A DNA stretch of 64,000 nt, taken from NCBI GenBank assembly GCA_018780035.1, contig JADMKE010000029.1:65388-129387 (forward strand), read 5' to 3'. A program made the position numbers and the translations under genes. Shown here piece after piece: positions 8,796 through 18,350 of this stretch. Under the pieces are notes generated by a model. It searched no databases. It had not been told where the DNA came from and worked only from the letters and a program-made list of their open reading frames with translations. Position 1 is the first letter of the stretch, and each line of letters starts with the position of its first letter. This DNA comes from Candidatus Sericytochromatia bacterium. Lineage in GTDB: Bacteria > Cyanobacteriota > Sericytochromatia > UBA7694.

Positions 8796-9671
8796 TCAAC
8801 CGAGTAACTCCACTGCCGAACGCAGTTTGCCGGGCTCGGTTTGGGCGTAGATCAAGGTCGTGTCGAGGCGGGAGTGGCCAAGCAGCTTGGAAATTTGCTC
8901 CAGCGGCGCGCCTTTGTCGAGCAATTGGGTAGCAAAGGTATGGCGCAGTTTATGCGGGCTGTAATTCTCAAGCCCAGCCTCTTTGAGCAGACCTTTGACG
9001 ATCTGCCGAAAGGCCCCGTAAGATATCCTCGCGCCTTTGTGGTTTTTGCCCATGCTGACAAACAGCGCTTCGGATTTGAGATAAGGCAGGGAAGACCTCA
9101 AACTGACCCATTCTTCGAGGGTGTAGATCAGCTTTTGACTGATCGGAATCAGGCGCTCTTTGTCGCCTTTGCCCACCACCCGCAATTGCCGGGTGTCCCA
9201 GAGAATATGTTCGAGATCGAGCATTTGCATCTCTCCAATACGCATACCTGTGTAAAAGAGGGTCTTGATCATGGTCATATTGCGGATCGCTTCGGGATCT
9301 TCGTAGCTCAAGGTCTCAAGCAGGTTTTTAACATCTTTTTCGGAGAGGTATTTGGGCAGGCGGCGCGGCAAACTGGGGGCCGAGAGATTGCCGGCTGGAT
9401 CGTCTTTGACAAATCCCCGGCGCTCGGCGTAATCGTAAAAGCGCTTGATGGCGATCAGGCGGCGGCGCACCGTGGTGGCCTTGAGGCTTTCCAGGGTGGC
9501 CATATACTGAAACAACTCACGCTCGCGCACAGCGATCAGCGGCTTTTCTAAAAAGGCTTCGACCAAACGCAAATCCGACTCATACGCTGTGAGCGTGTGT
9601 TTGCTCAGGCGGCGCTGGCGCAAAATATTGAGAAAATCGTCGATCGTAAAGACCTCTTCGGGGTTGGACAT
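8796..9671 (-). CDS. Tyrosine site-specific recombinase, XerC/XerD family
   Basis: N-terminal SAM-like LSKHTLTAYESDLRL. Catalytic region HKLRHTFATQLL...LLGHSRLDTTLIYAQ with the terminal Tyr. Confidence 0.8.
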   Translation of the reverse strand: MSNPEEVFTIDDFLNILRQRRLSKHTLTAYESDLRLVEAFLEKPLIAVRERELFQYMATLESLKATTVRRRLIAIKRFYDYAERRGFVKDDPAGNLSAPSLPRRLPKYLSEKDVKNLLETLSYEDPEAIRNMTMIKTLFYTGMRIGEMQMLDLEHILWDTRQLRVVGKGDKERLIPISQKLIYTLEEWVSLRSSLPYLKSEALFVSMGKNHKGARISYGAFRQIVKGLLKEAGLENYSPHKLRHTFATQLLDKGAPLEQISKLLGHSRLDTTLIYAQTEPGKLRSAVELLG

Positions 9672-9674
9672 GAC

Positions 9675-10160
9675 CTATTCTCCTGGCAATTGGTAGCTCG
9701 GGGGTGTTTCTGGGCGAAATTCGGGAAAGACATAAAGCATCACCCCATCGGGGCGGATATCCATTTGGGCCAATTGGGATGTGACCAGATCTTCAAGCAG
9801 GACTTTGCTCTGCTCCAGACTGAGCTGGGTTTCTGCCGCCACTTCGAGCAGACTCAATTCCCCTGCATGGCGTTTGGCCAAACTCAGAATCAGGCGGATT
9901 TGTTCGTCTTTGTGCAATTGCTGTCCGGGTGGAGTGGTTTTTCCAAAGCCCCAGCGGGCAAAAAAAAACGAGGCCAGGGTGGTGCCTGAAAACAAGATCA
10001 GCAGGGCAAAATCGACCCCCGCACTTTTTGATTCGTAAGCCTTCAAGCCAAAGAGATTGGCGATGGTCATCGCCACAAACATCAGACTGAACAGGGCTGA
10101 GCCCCCCCCGATCAGACCCAGGCCTTTGCGCAAGAGGGACGTGTTTGGATTTTCGGACAT
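9675..10160 (-). CDS. Hypothetical membrane protein
   Basis: Two or three predicted TM helices near the N-terminus. No recognisable motif. Confidence 0.35.
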   Translation of the reverse strand: MSENPNTSLLRKGLGLIGGGSALFSLMFVAMTIANLFGLKAYESKSAGVDFALLILFSGTTLASFFFARWGFGKTTPPGQQLHKDEQIRLILSLAKRHAGELSLLEVAAETQLSLEQSKVLLEDLVTSQLAQMDIRPDGVMLYVFPEFRPETPPSYQLPGE

Positions 10161-10256
10161 GGCGACCTTTTCTTCTGAGCATTTTACGAATTATTGTACC
10201 TGAAAGTCCCGGCCGAGTGTGTGACCTCTGCATCAGTATGATCCCTTTTGGGGTCC

Positions 10257-12250
10257 TCAGGCTTCAGAGGGAGGAAGGTCTGCTGGCGCTTCAGCTGGGA
10301 GTTGTTCGGCTTGGTCCGGGTGTGTGTGAAAGCGGGTATAGACCAAAGCCATGGCCAGGAGGCAGACCCCCAGGCCGACCAGAGAGAGGATTTTAAAGCC
10401 CAAACTCAATTGCTGAATATCATACAAAAACACGCGGATGCTGCTCAAAGCCAAGATGCCAATCCCCTGATAACGCAGCAGGCGCGCTTGCAAGAGAAAT
10501 CCCACTATCAAAATGGCACAGCCCAAAAGAATCCAAACAGCGGAGATCCAGCCTTCAGGCACCAGATAAAAAAACCAGCCCATCAGCCCCAAACTGGCGA
10601 TGATCCCCTGCCCTATTTGGATTTGAGGATTGTCACGTTGGATCGCCAGCCAGAATTGCAGCTGGAAAAGTGCCAATAAAAGGCCATGAATGAGTACCGC
10701 TGAAAGCTGAAAACCCTCAGCATACAACTGAAAATCGTAGCCCATCAGGAGGAGCAGGGTGCTCAGATTCAGCAAGAGAGCCGAACCCCTCAAGACGGGG
10801 CCAGAACTCAGCTTAAACCAGGTGGCATTGGCCAGGGCGGCAAAAAACAGGCCCTGATAGGGAGAGGTCAGGCTTTGGTCGATGGCCCGCGCGGCTGCGG
10901 TCAGAATCCAGAACCAAAGGGCGTCCGCCAGTTGAGGCGCGCGGGCAGAGAGAAAATGGGACCAACCCCAGGCTCCCAGGGCCAGTACCACCATCAGCAG
11001 CGCTGAAAGCAGCGGTTGCTGCTGATCAAATAAACTCCATTCGATCAACCCCAGGGCAATGCCCCAGGGCCATACATAGATTTTTTCCAGCGGGGAGGCC
11101 AAAGGGCTGGGGTGACACTGCAGCCGCCGGTAGACCAAAAACAGTTGGATTCCCAACCACAAGAGGCTGCCGCTCACCACCCACACCGCTGCCAGTTTGA
11201 GTTCCATATACAGGCTCAAACCCGAAAAACCCAGCAGCGAAAAGGCCAAAATGGGGGTGCCCCTGGCCCAGAGCGGTGTGTCTGGCTTCGTTTCGAGCAT
11301 TTCGCCCAAGACCGAATAGACGGTGCTGAAAATCAAGAGCGTGCCAAATCCCAGCAAGACCCTTTCGGGGTTGGCATTGTACCAAAAGAGATGCAAAATC
11401 CAGGTGCCAATCGCCCCGACCAGCCCCAGATAACCCCAGCCGCAGCGGCCAGCCACCAAGGCCAAACCCAGGCTGAGAAACAGATTGTAAAAGAGGGTAA
11501 TGCTGTCAAATTGCTGACTGAGCAAAGAGGTTAAAAAACCGAGCACAAAGGCCCGACTGGCCAAACTCTGGGATTTGCGTTTCAGGGCCAGATAGATAGC
11601 CAGCCCCACGACCCCCATCAGCAAAAGGCAGTCGGTCAGTTCTGAGAGGTGTGTGACTTTGCGGAAGTAGCTGAAATGGTAGGCCCCGTAGATCAGAAAA
11701 TAGAGCAGGGCGATGCCCCCACCCATCAAGGCATGAGACCAACTGCGATAGCGTTCCTTGCGCCCCATCCATTCACCCAGGCCCAAGAGGGTCAGGCTCG
11801 CGGTAAATCCGCTGAATAAGACTGACCAAGGCCCGAGCCAGCCTTCGGTATAAGCATAGCGGACAAACAGACCCAGCCCCATGATCAGAGCAAAAATACC
11901 CAAGAGACTGAACCCTTTTAAGCCAATCCAGTCTTCGTACTGTTTCAGCTCCCTTTTGGCTTTGCCGGCACTTTTGCCGGTGTGCAAAACCTGCTCCCAA
12001 GGAGAGGCTGAAACGGAGGTGGCTTCTTCAAAAACGGAGGTCTCGGGGCCTGGCGGGTTTTGGGATTCAGCTGTGGGATGCTTGATGTGTACATTTAGCT
12101 CAAGCCGGTTTAAACGCAATTCCAGCTGGTTTTGCCGTTGCCTCAACAGAGTTAACTCGCGCTGAATGGCTTTTATTTCTTTCTGCAAAGCGCCCTCCTT
12201 TCTTGCTTGAACCTGTGATTTGATACGTGGTTTCTGTGATTGGGTGTATT
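10257..12250 (-). CDS. Large polytopic membrane protein (DUF2339-like: N-terminal coiled coil followed by many TM helices); true start uncertain
   Basis: The ORF-track extension to 12482 runs antisense across tRNA-Trp (LRDSNPRHAVLETAVLPTELR is a tRNA read-through artefact). The real start must lie below about 12330, possibly a non-ATG start. Confidence 0.45.
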
Positions 12251-12337
12251 CTATGCTACCTATCTCAGCTTGGCAAATCGCTTTCTCATTGATAGCCCCT
12301 TCGCAGTGTGGTATCTTAAAAATATCTGTATTTATCT

Positions 12338-12410
12338 GCGTCCTTAGTTCAGTTGGTAGAACGGCGGTCTCCAAAACCGCATGTCGGGGGTTCGAGTCCC
12401 TCAGGGCGTG
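12338..12410 (+). tRNA. trnW: tRNA-Trp (anticodon CCA)
   Basis: Hand-folded cloverleaf: 7-bp acceptor GCGTCCT/AGGGCGT (two GU pairs), D arm GTTC/GAAC, anticodon stem GCGGT/ACCGC with loop CUCCAAA, T arm GGGGG-TTCGAGT-CCCTC. 73 nt. Canonical position upstream of secE-nusG. Confidence 0.85.
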
Positions 12411-12456
12411 CTTCATTTTCCTTCTGTTTAGACAAAGTATGTTATTATACATGCAT

Positions 12457-12478
12457 CCCCCCTCCCCCCCCTCTCCCA
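12457..12478. repeat. C-rich homopolymeric tract (cccccctccccccccctctccc) about 45 nt downstream of tRNA-Trp
   Basis: Read directly from the sequence. Confidence 0.5.
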
Positions 12479-12650
12479 ACACTCTTTAATTTTAATTTTT
12501 AAAGTTTGAATGTTAAAAAATGAATTTGAGATTGTTATTTAGACTGGTGGCCTTAAAGGGGTCAATGTGAGCGCACCTGAACGCTGACCAAATTATGTGT
12601 CGCAAAAAATTTCAAGGTGCGGCAGTTCATAAAGGAAACGTATAGCTCGA

Positions 12651-12932
12651 ATGTCCAAAGCAACCAAAAAAGAAACCTCGGATTCAGAAAAAACGAGCAA
12701 GGCCAAATCCAAGGAGAAAAAAAACAAAGAACAAACCCCGAATCCAATTCAGGTTTTTGTTCAGTTTTGCAAAGACTCCTGGGGCGAATTTAAAAAAATT
12801 CAATGGCCCACCCGTAGACAGGCGCTGAACGAGTCGGTGATTGTATTACTTACCGTTGTTTTTATTGTCGCCTTGGTGAATTTTTATGACTTTATTTCCT
12901 CCTTTTTACTCGGTTTTATCTTTCAAAAATAG
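12651..12932 (+). CDS. secE: Preprotein translocase subunit SecE
   Basis: Lys-rich N-terminus, KKIQWPTRRQAL followed by a single TM helix. Position between tRNA-Trp and nusG. Confidence 0.8.
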   Translation: MSKATKKETSDSEKTSKAKSKEKKNKEQTPNPIQVFVQFCKDSWGEFKKIQWPTRRQALNESVIVLLTVVFIVALVNFYDFISSFLLGFIFQK

Positions 12933-12952
12933 GCAAAAGAGGCTCACCGCAT

Positions 12953-13504
12953 ATGATGAATCTTAATACGACAGAAACCCAGGGCAAACGCTGGTACGTG
13001 GTTCATACCTATTCCGGCCACGAGAGCAAGGTCAAACAAAACCTGATGCGCCGTTCTGAGTCCATGGGCATGGACAACCGGATTTTTAATATTGAAGTGC
13101 CCGAAGAAAAAGTCATCGAACTCAAAGATGGCAAACGCACCGAAAAAACCAAAAAGATTTTCCCCGGCTATGTGCTGGTAGAAATGATCCTCGACGACGA
13201 CTCCTGGCACGTCGTGCGCAATACCCCCGGCGTCACCAGCTTTGTGGGTGCGGGCAGCCGCCCGGTTCCCCTGAGCCCCCGTGAAGTCAAAAAGGTGCTC
13301 AAACGCGCCTCTTCCCGCAAAGCCCGGATCGAGTTCGATTACAAACTCGGCGACGAAGTCAAAATCACCAGCGGTCCTTTCCAGGACTTCAATGGCAAAA
13401 TTATCGAAGTCAGCCCCGAGCGTGGCAAGGTCAAAGTCTCTGTTTCGATCTTTGGCCGTTCCACACCTGTGGAGCTGGAATTTGGTCAGATTAACAAAGC
13501 TTGA
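12953..13504 (+). CDS. nusG: Transcription termination/antitermination factor NusG
   Basis: [14 protein letters not shown] domain and C-terminal KOW ([21 protein letters not shown]). Confidence 0.9.
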   Translation: MMNLNTTETQGKRWYVVHTYSGHESKVKQNLMRRSESMGMDNRIFNIEVPEEKVIELKDGKRTEKTKKIFPGYVLVEMILDDDSWHVVRNTPGVTSFVGAGSRPVPLSPREVKKVLKRASSRKARIEFDYKLGDEVKITSGPFQDFNGKIIEVSPERGKVKVSVSIFGRSTPVELEFGQINKA

Positions 13505-13538
13505 TCATCCAAGCTTGATTAACAAAGCCGAAGTGGCT

Positions 13539-13832
13539 TTACCCTTTGAGGGACATCTGAAACGCACGTTGATTGGCCAGCTTAAACAAGCTGGCCAATT
13601 CGCTTTCTCCGAATTGATCCAATTGCTGGGCCAAGAGCAGCCAGTTTTCGTTTTTGTCGATCCAGTCATAGGGCAGGCTGTCGATCACGAGTTTCATCAG
13701 GCCAAACAGCTCCTCTTGGTTTAAGGTCGCTTTGATCATAAACCAGAGTTTTTTTAAGACCTCGACATCGTGGATATCCAGATGGTTTTCGGCTGGGGCT
13801 TCGTTTTCTGTAAAATCGTCAGTGTCTTCCAT
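13539..13832 (-). CDS. Hypothetical small acidic protein
   Basis: ORF only. Convergent with nusG. Confidence 0.3.
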   Translation of the reverse strand: MEDTDDFTENEAPAENHLDIHDVEVLKKLWFMIKATLNQEELFGLMKLVIDSLPYDWIDKNENWLLLAQQLDQFGESELASLFKLANQRAFQMSLKG

Positions 13833-13853
13833 GGGCTTTCCTTCTCAAATGTT

Positions 13854-13918
13854 CTGGTCAAATGTTCTGGTCAGGTATTCTGGTCAGGTATTCAAGTTGA
13901 GTGTTCTGGTTTCAGAAT
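13854..13918. repeat. Five tandem copies of a 13-bp unit (aaatgttctggtc x2, aggtattctggtc, aggtattcaagtt, gagtgttctggtt) in a divergent intergenic region
   Basis: Read directly. Lies between the start of the 13832 minus-strand gene and hrpB. Confidence 0.6.
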
Positions 13919-13976
13919 AGCCTGAGGGCTCTCAGGCTGCAAGTTTTTCACTTGGCTTGACCTCCTTTGGCTTGGA

Positions 13977-16484
13977 GTGTTAAAAAGGGGGAACCTGTTC
14001 CCCCCAAAGGAAAACAAATTGGATTTGCTCTCTCTGCTCCCCTCTCTTGCTCCCACTTTGGCCGAATCTCCCTGTGTGATTCTCGAAGCGCCCCCCGGTA
14101 CCGGTAAAAGCACCACTGTTCCGCCCGCTCTTTTAAAAGCGGCTTGGCTGGGCAGACAAAAAATCCTGATGCTTGAACCCCGGCGTCTGGCTGCCAAATC
14201 TGTGGCCCGGTACATTGCCGCGCAGATGGGCGAAAAGGTGGGTGAAACGGTGGGCTACCGCGTGCGCATGGAGACCCGTGTTGGCCCCCAGACGCGCTTG
14301 GAAGTGGTCACCGAAGGGGTCTTGACGCGCATGTTGCAAAGTGATCCGGCCTTGGAGGGCTATGGCCTGGTGATCTTTGATGAATTTCATGAGCGCAGCC
14401 TGCAGGCCGATCTGGGCTTGGCACTGTGCCGTGAAAGCCAAGCAGTGCTGCGCGAAGATTTGCGTCTGTTGATCATGTCGGCCACCCTGCCAGCCCAATT
14501 GGCTGAACTCCTGAGTTCTGATCTTTTGAGCAATGTGCCGGTCTTGCGTGCGGAGGGAGTCATGCACCCGGTGGAATTGCGCTATGCCGCCCCGCCCCAG
14601 GGTGGAGACCCCGTGGCCTTTGCCGCTGGCGTGATTCGCACGGCCCTGCGTGAAGAAAGTGGCAGCCTCTTGGTGTTTTTGCCGGGGGCCGGTGAAATTC
14701 GCCGCTTGGCTGAGCGTTTGGCTGACCTGCCCCCTGAGATATCTGTTACCCCCCTGTATGGGGATTTGCCCCCCCAAGAGCAAGACCGCGCCATTCAACC
14801 CGCCCCACCGGGCCAGCGCAAAGTGGTGCTCGCCACCAATATCGCCGAAACCAGTTTGACGATTGAAGGCATTCGCGGCGTGATCGATCTCGGGCTGGAG
14901 CGCTCGCCGGTCTTTGACCCAATCAGTGGCATGACCCGTTTGACCACCCGGCGCATCTCGCGGGCCTCAGCCACCCAGCGTATGGGCCGGGCGGGTCGCC
15001 TGGAACCGGGCTTTTGCCTGAGGCTTTGGCCAGAATCCGACACGGCGCTTTTGGCTGCAGATATCGAACCCGAAATTTGCTCGGCAGACTTGGCCCCGCT
15101 GGCATTGGAATTGGCCCTCTGGGGCGTGAGTGACCCCCAGAGCTTGGCCTGGCTCGATCCCCCTCCCCAGCAGGCCTGGGCGCCTGCCGTTGAACTCTTG
15201 CAAGACTTGGGCGCGCTCTCAACAGAACAGATCCTGACACCCCACGGCAAAGCCCTGGCCCAATTGCCCCTGCACCCGCGTTTGGGTCATATGCTGCTCA
15301 AAGCCGAAGCCGAGGGCCTGGGCGGACTGGCCTGTACCGTGGCGGCCTTGCTCTCAGAGCGCGATTTGCTCAGTGGCAGCCGCGACGCCGACCTGGCTGG
15401 ACGTTTGACGGCCTTGGCGCGGGGCAAGGTGCCCCCTGGCCGCAAACAGGCTGTCGAACAGGCCGCCCAGCAAATTGCCGAAAAACGCCGACTCAAAACC
15501 GCCACGCGCCCAGCTGAAGCCCTGGGCCTGTTGCTGGGCTGGGCCTATCCCGACCGGATCGCGATGCGCCGGGGCGACTCGCCGCGTTATTTGCTGGCGA
15601 ACGGGCGCGGGGCGATTTTGCCCGAAGGGGATTTTTTGGCCCGCGAGCCCTGGCTGGTGATTGCCCACCTCGATGGCCATCCCCGCGAAGCCAAAATCTT
15701 TCTGGCTGCAGCCCTGGACCCCGAGCAATTGGCCAGCCTGACCGAAGGCCAAACTGAAACCGGGCTGGAGGTCAATTTTAACGCCCAAACCGGATCGGTG
15801 CAGGCCTTTGAGGTGATTCGCTTTGGCGCGCTGGCTTTAAAAAAAGAGCGGATCCACAAACCCGATGCAAATACCCTGGCGCAGGCCCTGCTCGAAGGGG
15901 TCAAGCAGCGGGGCATTGCCAAATTGCCCTGGAACCCCCATTTGTTGCAATGGCGCGAGCGGGTCGCTTTTTTGCACCGGGTTTTGCCCGAACACTGGCC
16001 CGATCTGAGCGATGCTGCCCTGGCCCGCGACCTGGGGGATTGGCTCTTGCCCTTTTTGAGCGGTTTACAGCGCTTGGACGCCATCAGCCCTGATTTATTG
16101 CAACAGGCCCTGGAAAACCACCTCGGTTATGCCCGTCTGGCGGAGTTGCAAGCGGCAGCCCCCACCCATATGCCCGTGCCCAGCGGCTCGCAAATTCGCC
16201 TCGATTACAGCGGCGAAGAACCCGTACTGGCGGCCCGTTTGCAAGAACTCTTTGGCCTCCACGCCACCCCCCGGATTGCAGGCGGGCAGGTGCCGCTGCT
16301 GATTCACCTGCTTTCACCCGCCATGCGCCCGGTACAGGTCACCCGCGATTTGGCCAGCTTTTGGCGCGAGACCTATCCCGAGGTCAAAAAAGAACTCAAA
16401 GGTCGGTATCCCCGCCATTATTGGCCCGAGGACCCGCTGCAGGCCGAGGCTGTCCGCGGGATCAAGCGCAAGCCTCGGCCATAG
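13977..16484 (+). CDS. hrpB: ATP-dependent RNA helicase HrpB (DEAH-box)
   Basis: APPGTGKST Walker A, DEFHERS, SATL, HrpB C-terminal domain. The exact start may be a downstream alternative codon. Confidence 0.85.
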   Translation: MLKRGNLFPPKENKLDLLSLLPSLAPTLAESPCVILEAPPGTGKSTTVPPALLKAAWLGRQKILMLEPRRLAAKSVARYIAAQMGEKVGETVGYRVRMETRVGPQTRLEVVTEGVLTRMLQSDPALEGYGLVIFDEFHERSLQADLGLALCRESQAVLREDLRLLIMSATLPAQLAELLSSDLLSNVPVLRAEGVMHPVELRYAAPPQGGDPVAFAAGVIRTALREESGSLLVFLPGAGEIRRLAERLADLPPEISVTPLYGDLPPQEQDRAIQPAPPGQRKVVLATNIAETSLTIEGIRGVIDLGLERSPVFDPISGMTRLTTRRISRASATQRMGRAGRLEPGFCLRLWPESDTALLAADIEPEICSADLAPLALELALWGVSDPQSLAWLDPPPQQAWAPAVELLQDLGALSTEQILTPHGKALAQLPLHPRLGHMLLKAEAEGLGGLACTVAALLSERDLLSGSRDADLAGRLTALARGKVPPGRKQAVEQAAQQIAEKRRLKTATRPAEALGLLLGWAYPDRIAMRRGDSPRYLLANGRGAILPEGDFLAREPWLVIAHLDGHPREAKIFLAAALDPEQLASLTEGQTETGLEVNFNAQTGSVQAFEVIRFGALALKKERIHKPDANTLAQALLEGVKQRGIAKLPWNPHLLQWRERVAFLHRVLPEHWPDLSDAALARDLGDWLLPFLSGLQRLDAISPDLLQQALENHLGYARLAELQAAAPTHMPVPSGSQIRLDYSGEEPVLAARLQELFGLHATPRIAGGQVPLLIHLLSPAMRPVQVTRDLASFWRETYPEVKKELKGRYPRHYWPEDPLQAEAVRGIKRKPRP

Positions 16485-16514
16485 ATTAACCTGTTAACAA
16501 CGAGAAAACACCCA

Positions 16515-17507
16515 TTAACCATTCGTCAAGATATAATAGTTTTCTCTTTTGCGTTTGTGTTTGGTTTGAATTAATTCATTGTCATAAAACACACCGTAAA
16601 TATAATATTGATTATCACTGATTCTGTCATAGATAGCCATACCTTTGTAATCAGCTATCTGCCTCGTTCTGACATCACTATAATGAAAACGAATAAACCC
16701 AAAATCAACATAGGGTTTCAGTGAATTAAAAGACTCATATAAATTTGCTTTTTTTTGCTTGATTAATATCTCAGATGCATGTATGTGATAATTATTTTTA
16801 TTTTCTTCGTATTGCATCGGATTTGAAGCATTCATCCAATAAGACGGAGTATTGTGAGTCGGATTTTTTGCTTCACGCTCCAGAACACTTAAATTTTCTG
16901 GATATTTCCCTTGATCGAGGGCATAAGTTTCTAACATGATTTGTAAGTTATGCATATTTACTTTGACCATCGATTCTTTATTGCAACTACAGGCAAAAGC
17001 TGACATAAAAAACAAAGGATCAACAATAAAAGTTGTAAACATACAAAAAACAAATAGTATCCGTCTATACTTATTCAAGTAAATCATCAATATCCAGCCA
17101 AATATCAAAAAAAATCCTGTATAGGCAAATAGAGAAATAGTAGAAAAAAATAAGATTATACCCGGTAATGGATGAATTACATCTTCAATAATTCCAGGTA
17201 AAAAACGCATTTTTTTTCGCTTGCTATCTCTTTTCTTGAAATTTAAATCCATTCCATAGAGTAAAATTAGCAATATCATAAGTAAAATAAAATTTTCAAA
17301 ATTATGTTGGTAAATTGGTTTAAAATAATAATCGGGAGGAGCACAATGACAAGGGAGGTGATGAATACTTAGCCAATTGAATCGAAATATTGGAAACACA
17401 ACGCATAATATTGATAGATTAAACAAACCAAATTCATGAATATACTTATTCTTGTATAGTCTATTGATTAGATTCATATGTCTAAATGAGATACTGACCT
17501 CAAACAA
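16515..17507 (-). CDS. AT-rich polytopic membrane protein with a C-terminal GspG/pseudopilin-like segment
   Basis: Multiple TM helices in the first roughly 190 aa. KVNMHNLQIMLETYALDQGKYPENLSVL resembles the conserved LxxLExALxMYxLDNGxYPT region of type II secretion GspG / type IV pilins. Strongly AT-rich codon usage. Confidence 0.4.
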   Translation of the reverse strand: MFEVSISFRHMNLINRLYKNKYIHEFGLFNLSILCVVFPIFRFNWLSIHHLPCHCAPPDYYFKPIYQHNFENFILLMILLILLYGMDLNFKKRDSKRKKMRFLPGIIEDVIHPLPGIILFFSTISLFAYTGFFLIFGWILMIYLNKYRRILFVFCMFTTFIVDPLFFMSAFACSCNKESMVKVNMHNLQIMLETYALDQGKYPENLSVLEREAKNPTHNTPSYWMNASNPMQYEENKNNYHIHASEILIKQKKANLYESFNSLKPYVDFGFIRFHYSDVRTRQIADYKGMAIYDRISDNQYYIYGVFYDNELIQTKHKRKRENYYILTNG

Positions 17508-17594
17508 AGATTTTCAATTATTCCCAATATAAGAAGTGTTCTAACATATCTTGAAAAGGCCTCAACCCATCATCACCCATCGGGATTTCAAGCA

Positions 17595-17711
17595 ATGCAA
17601 AACATCGCTGCCTGGCTGGTAACAAAGTTGATGCGTTTGCAACTCTCTCAATCTTGGCCCTTGTCTGCAATCAGCCAGCGAAGGATAATGAAGCGTATCC
17701 GTCTCATGATC
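17595..17711 (+). pseudogene. Decayed duplicate of the 5' end of the downstream phosphotransferase gene (19787)
   Basis: MQNIAAWLVTKLMRLQLSQSW aligns with MQTIDTALVKRLIRSQFPQW. The DNA just upstream (cctcaacccatcatc...) is also shared with 19752-19800. Short frame ends at 17711. Confidence 0.4.
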
Positions 17712-17730
17712 TACCCATAAGGAGCCTGAT

Positions 17731-18261
17731 ATGCAAAACACAGAAATCCAAGATATCCAGCGTATTTTTTCCACCCGCTTGGCTACCCTTGAGCAGATTT
17801 TGAGCCTGGGTGAAAAACACGTTGCAGGAGAGGGGGAGATGGCGATGGATGCGGTACTGCAAGCACGTTTGGCCCCAGATATGTTTCCTTTGGGCACACA
17901 AATTGCCTTTGCCTGCAACCAACCCCGTGGATTTGCACTCTGGTGTGCGGGTCAGCCTTATGAGAATCTTGACCCCGAGGTGAAGACGCTGGCTGTCGCT
18001 CGTTCATACATTCAAAATACCCTGTCAGAGCTGGCTGCCATAGAAGCTCTTGATACAAAATTGGACGAAATCAAACGCACAGGGTTGGGGCCAGGACTGT
18101 ATTGTGAGACGCCTGGGCGGCTGTATGTGAGCGATTATCTGATGCCCAATTTTTACTTCCACATCACCACCAGCTATGCGATTTTAAGAAATCTGGGGGT
18201 GCCCCTTGGCAAAGCGGATTATATGGGCTTTCTGATGCCGCATGTCAGACAAGAGAGCTGA
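17731..18261 (+). CDS. DUF1993 family protein
   Basis: YVSDYLMPNFYFHITTSYAILRNLG is typical of DUF1993. AAGGAG SD upstream. Confidence 0.65.
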   Translation: MQNTEIQDIQRIFSTRLATLEQILSLGEKHVAGEGEMAMDAVLQARLAPDMFPLGTQIAFACNQPRGFALWCAGQPYENLDPEVKTLAVARSYIQNTLSELAAIEALDTKLDEIKRTGLGPGLYCETPGRLYVSDYLMPNFYFHITTSYAILRNLGVPLGKADYMGFLMPHVRQES

Positions 18262-18350
18262 GACTTCTGGGTGGAAATTATCAAAGTTGTTCAATAACCC
18301 GTTGGAATCTCTTTCAGATTAGAATGATATATTAAAATAATGGTTAATTT

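Noticed and set aside
8841-9551. 236-aa ORF antisense to the xer recombinase gene
   Set aside because: The recombinase frame has the full catalytic signature. Antisense frame is an artefact.
10257-12482. Full 741-aa extent of the membrane-protein ORF
   Set aside because: Its 5' 150 nt run antisense through tRNA-Trp (giving the tell-tale LRDSNPRHAVLETAVLPTELR). The gene was kept but its start moved downstream.
13486-13530. Duplicated gattaacaaagc with two HindIII-like aagctt sites after nusG
   Set aside because: Short direct repeat in a convergent intergenic spacer. No convincing hairpin/terminator could be drawn.
14133-16317. Multiple 60-220-aa ORFs on both strands inside hrpB
   Set aside because: Typical high-GC spurious frames. 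hrpB motifs are continuous on the plus strand.
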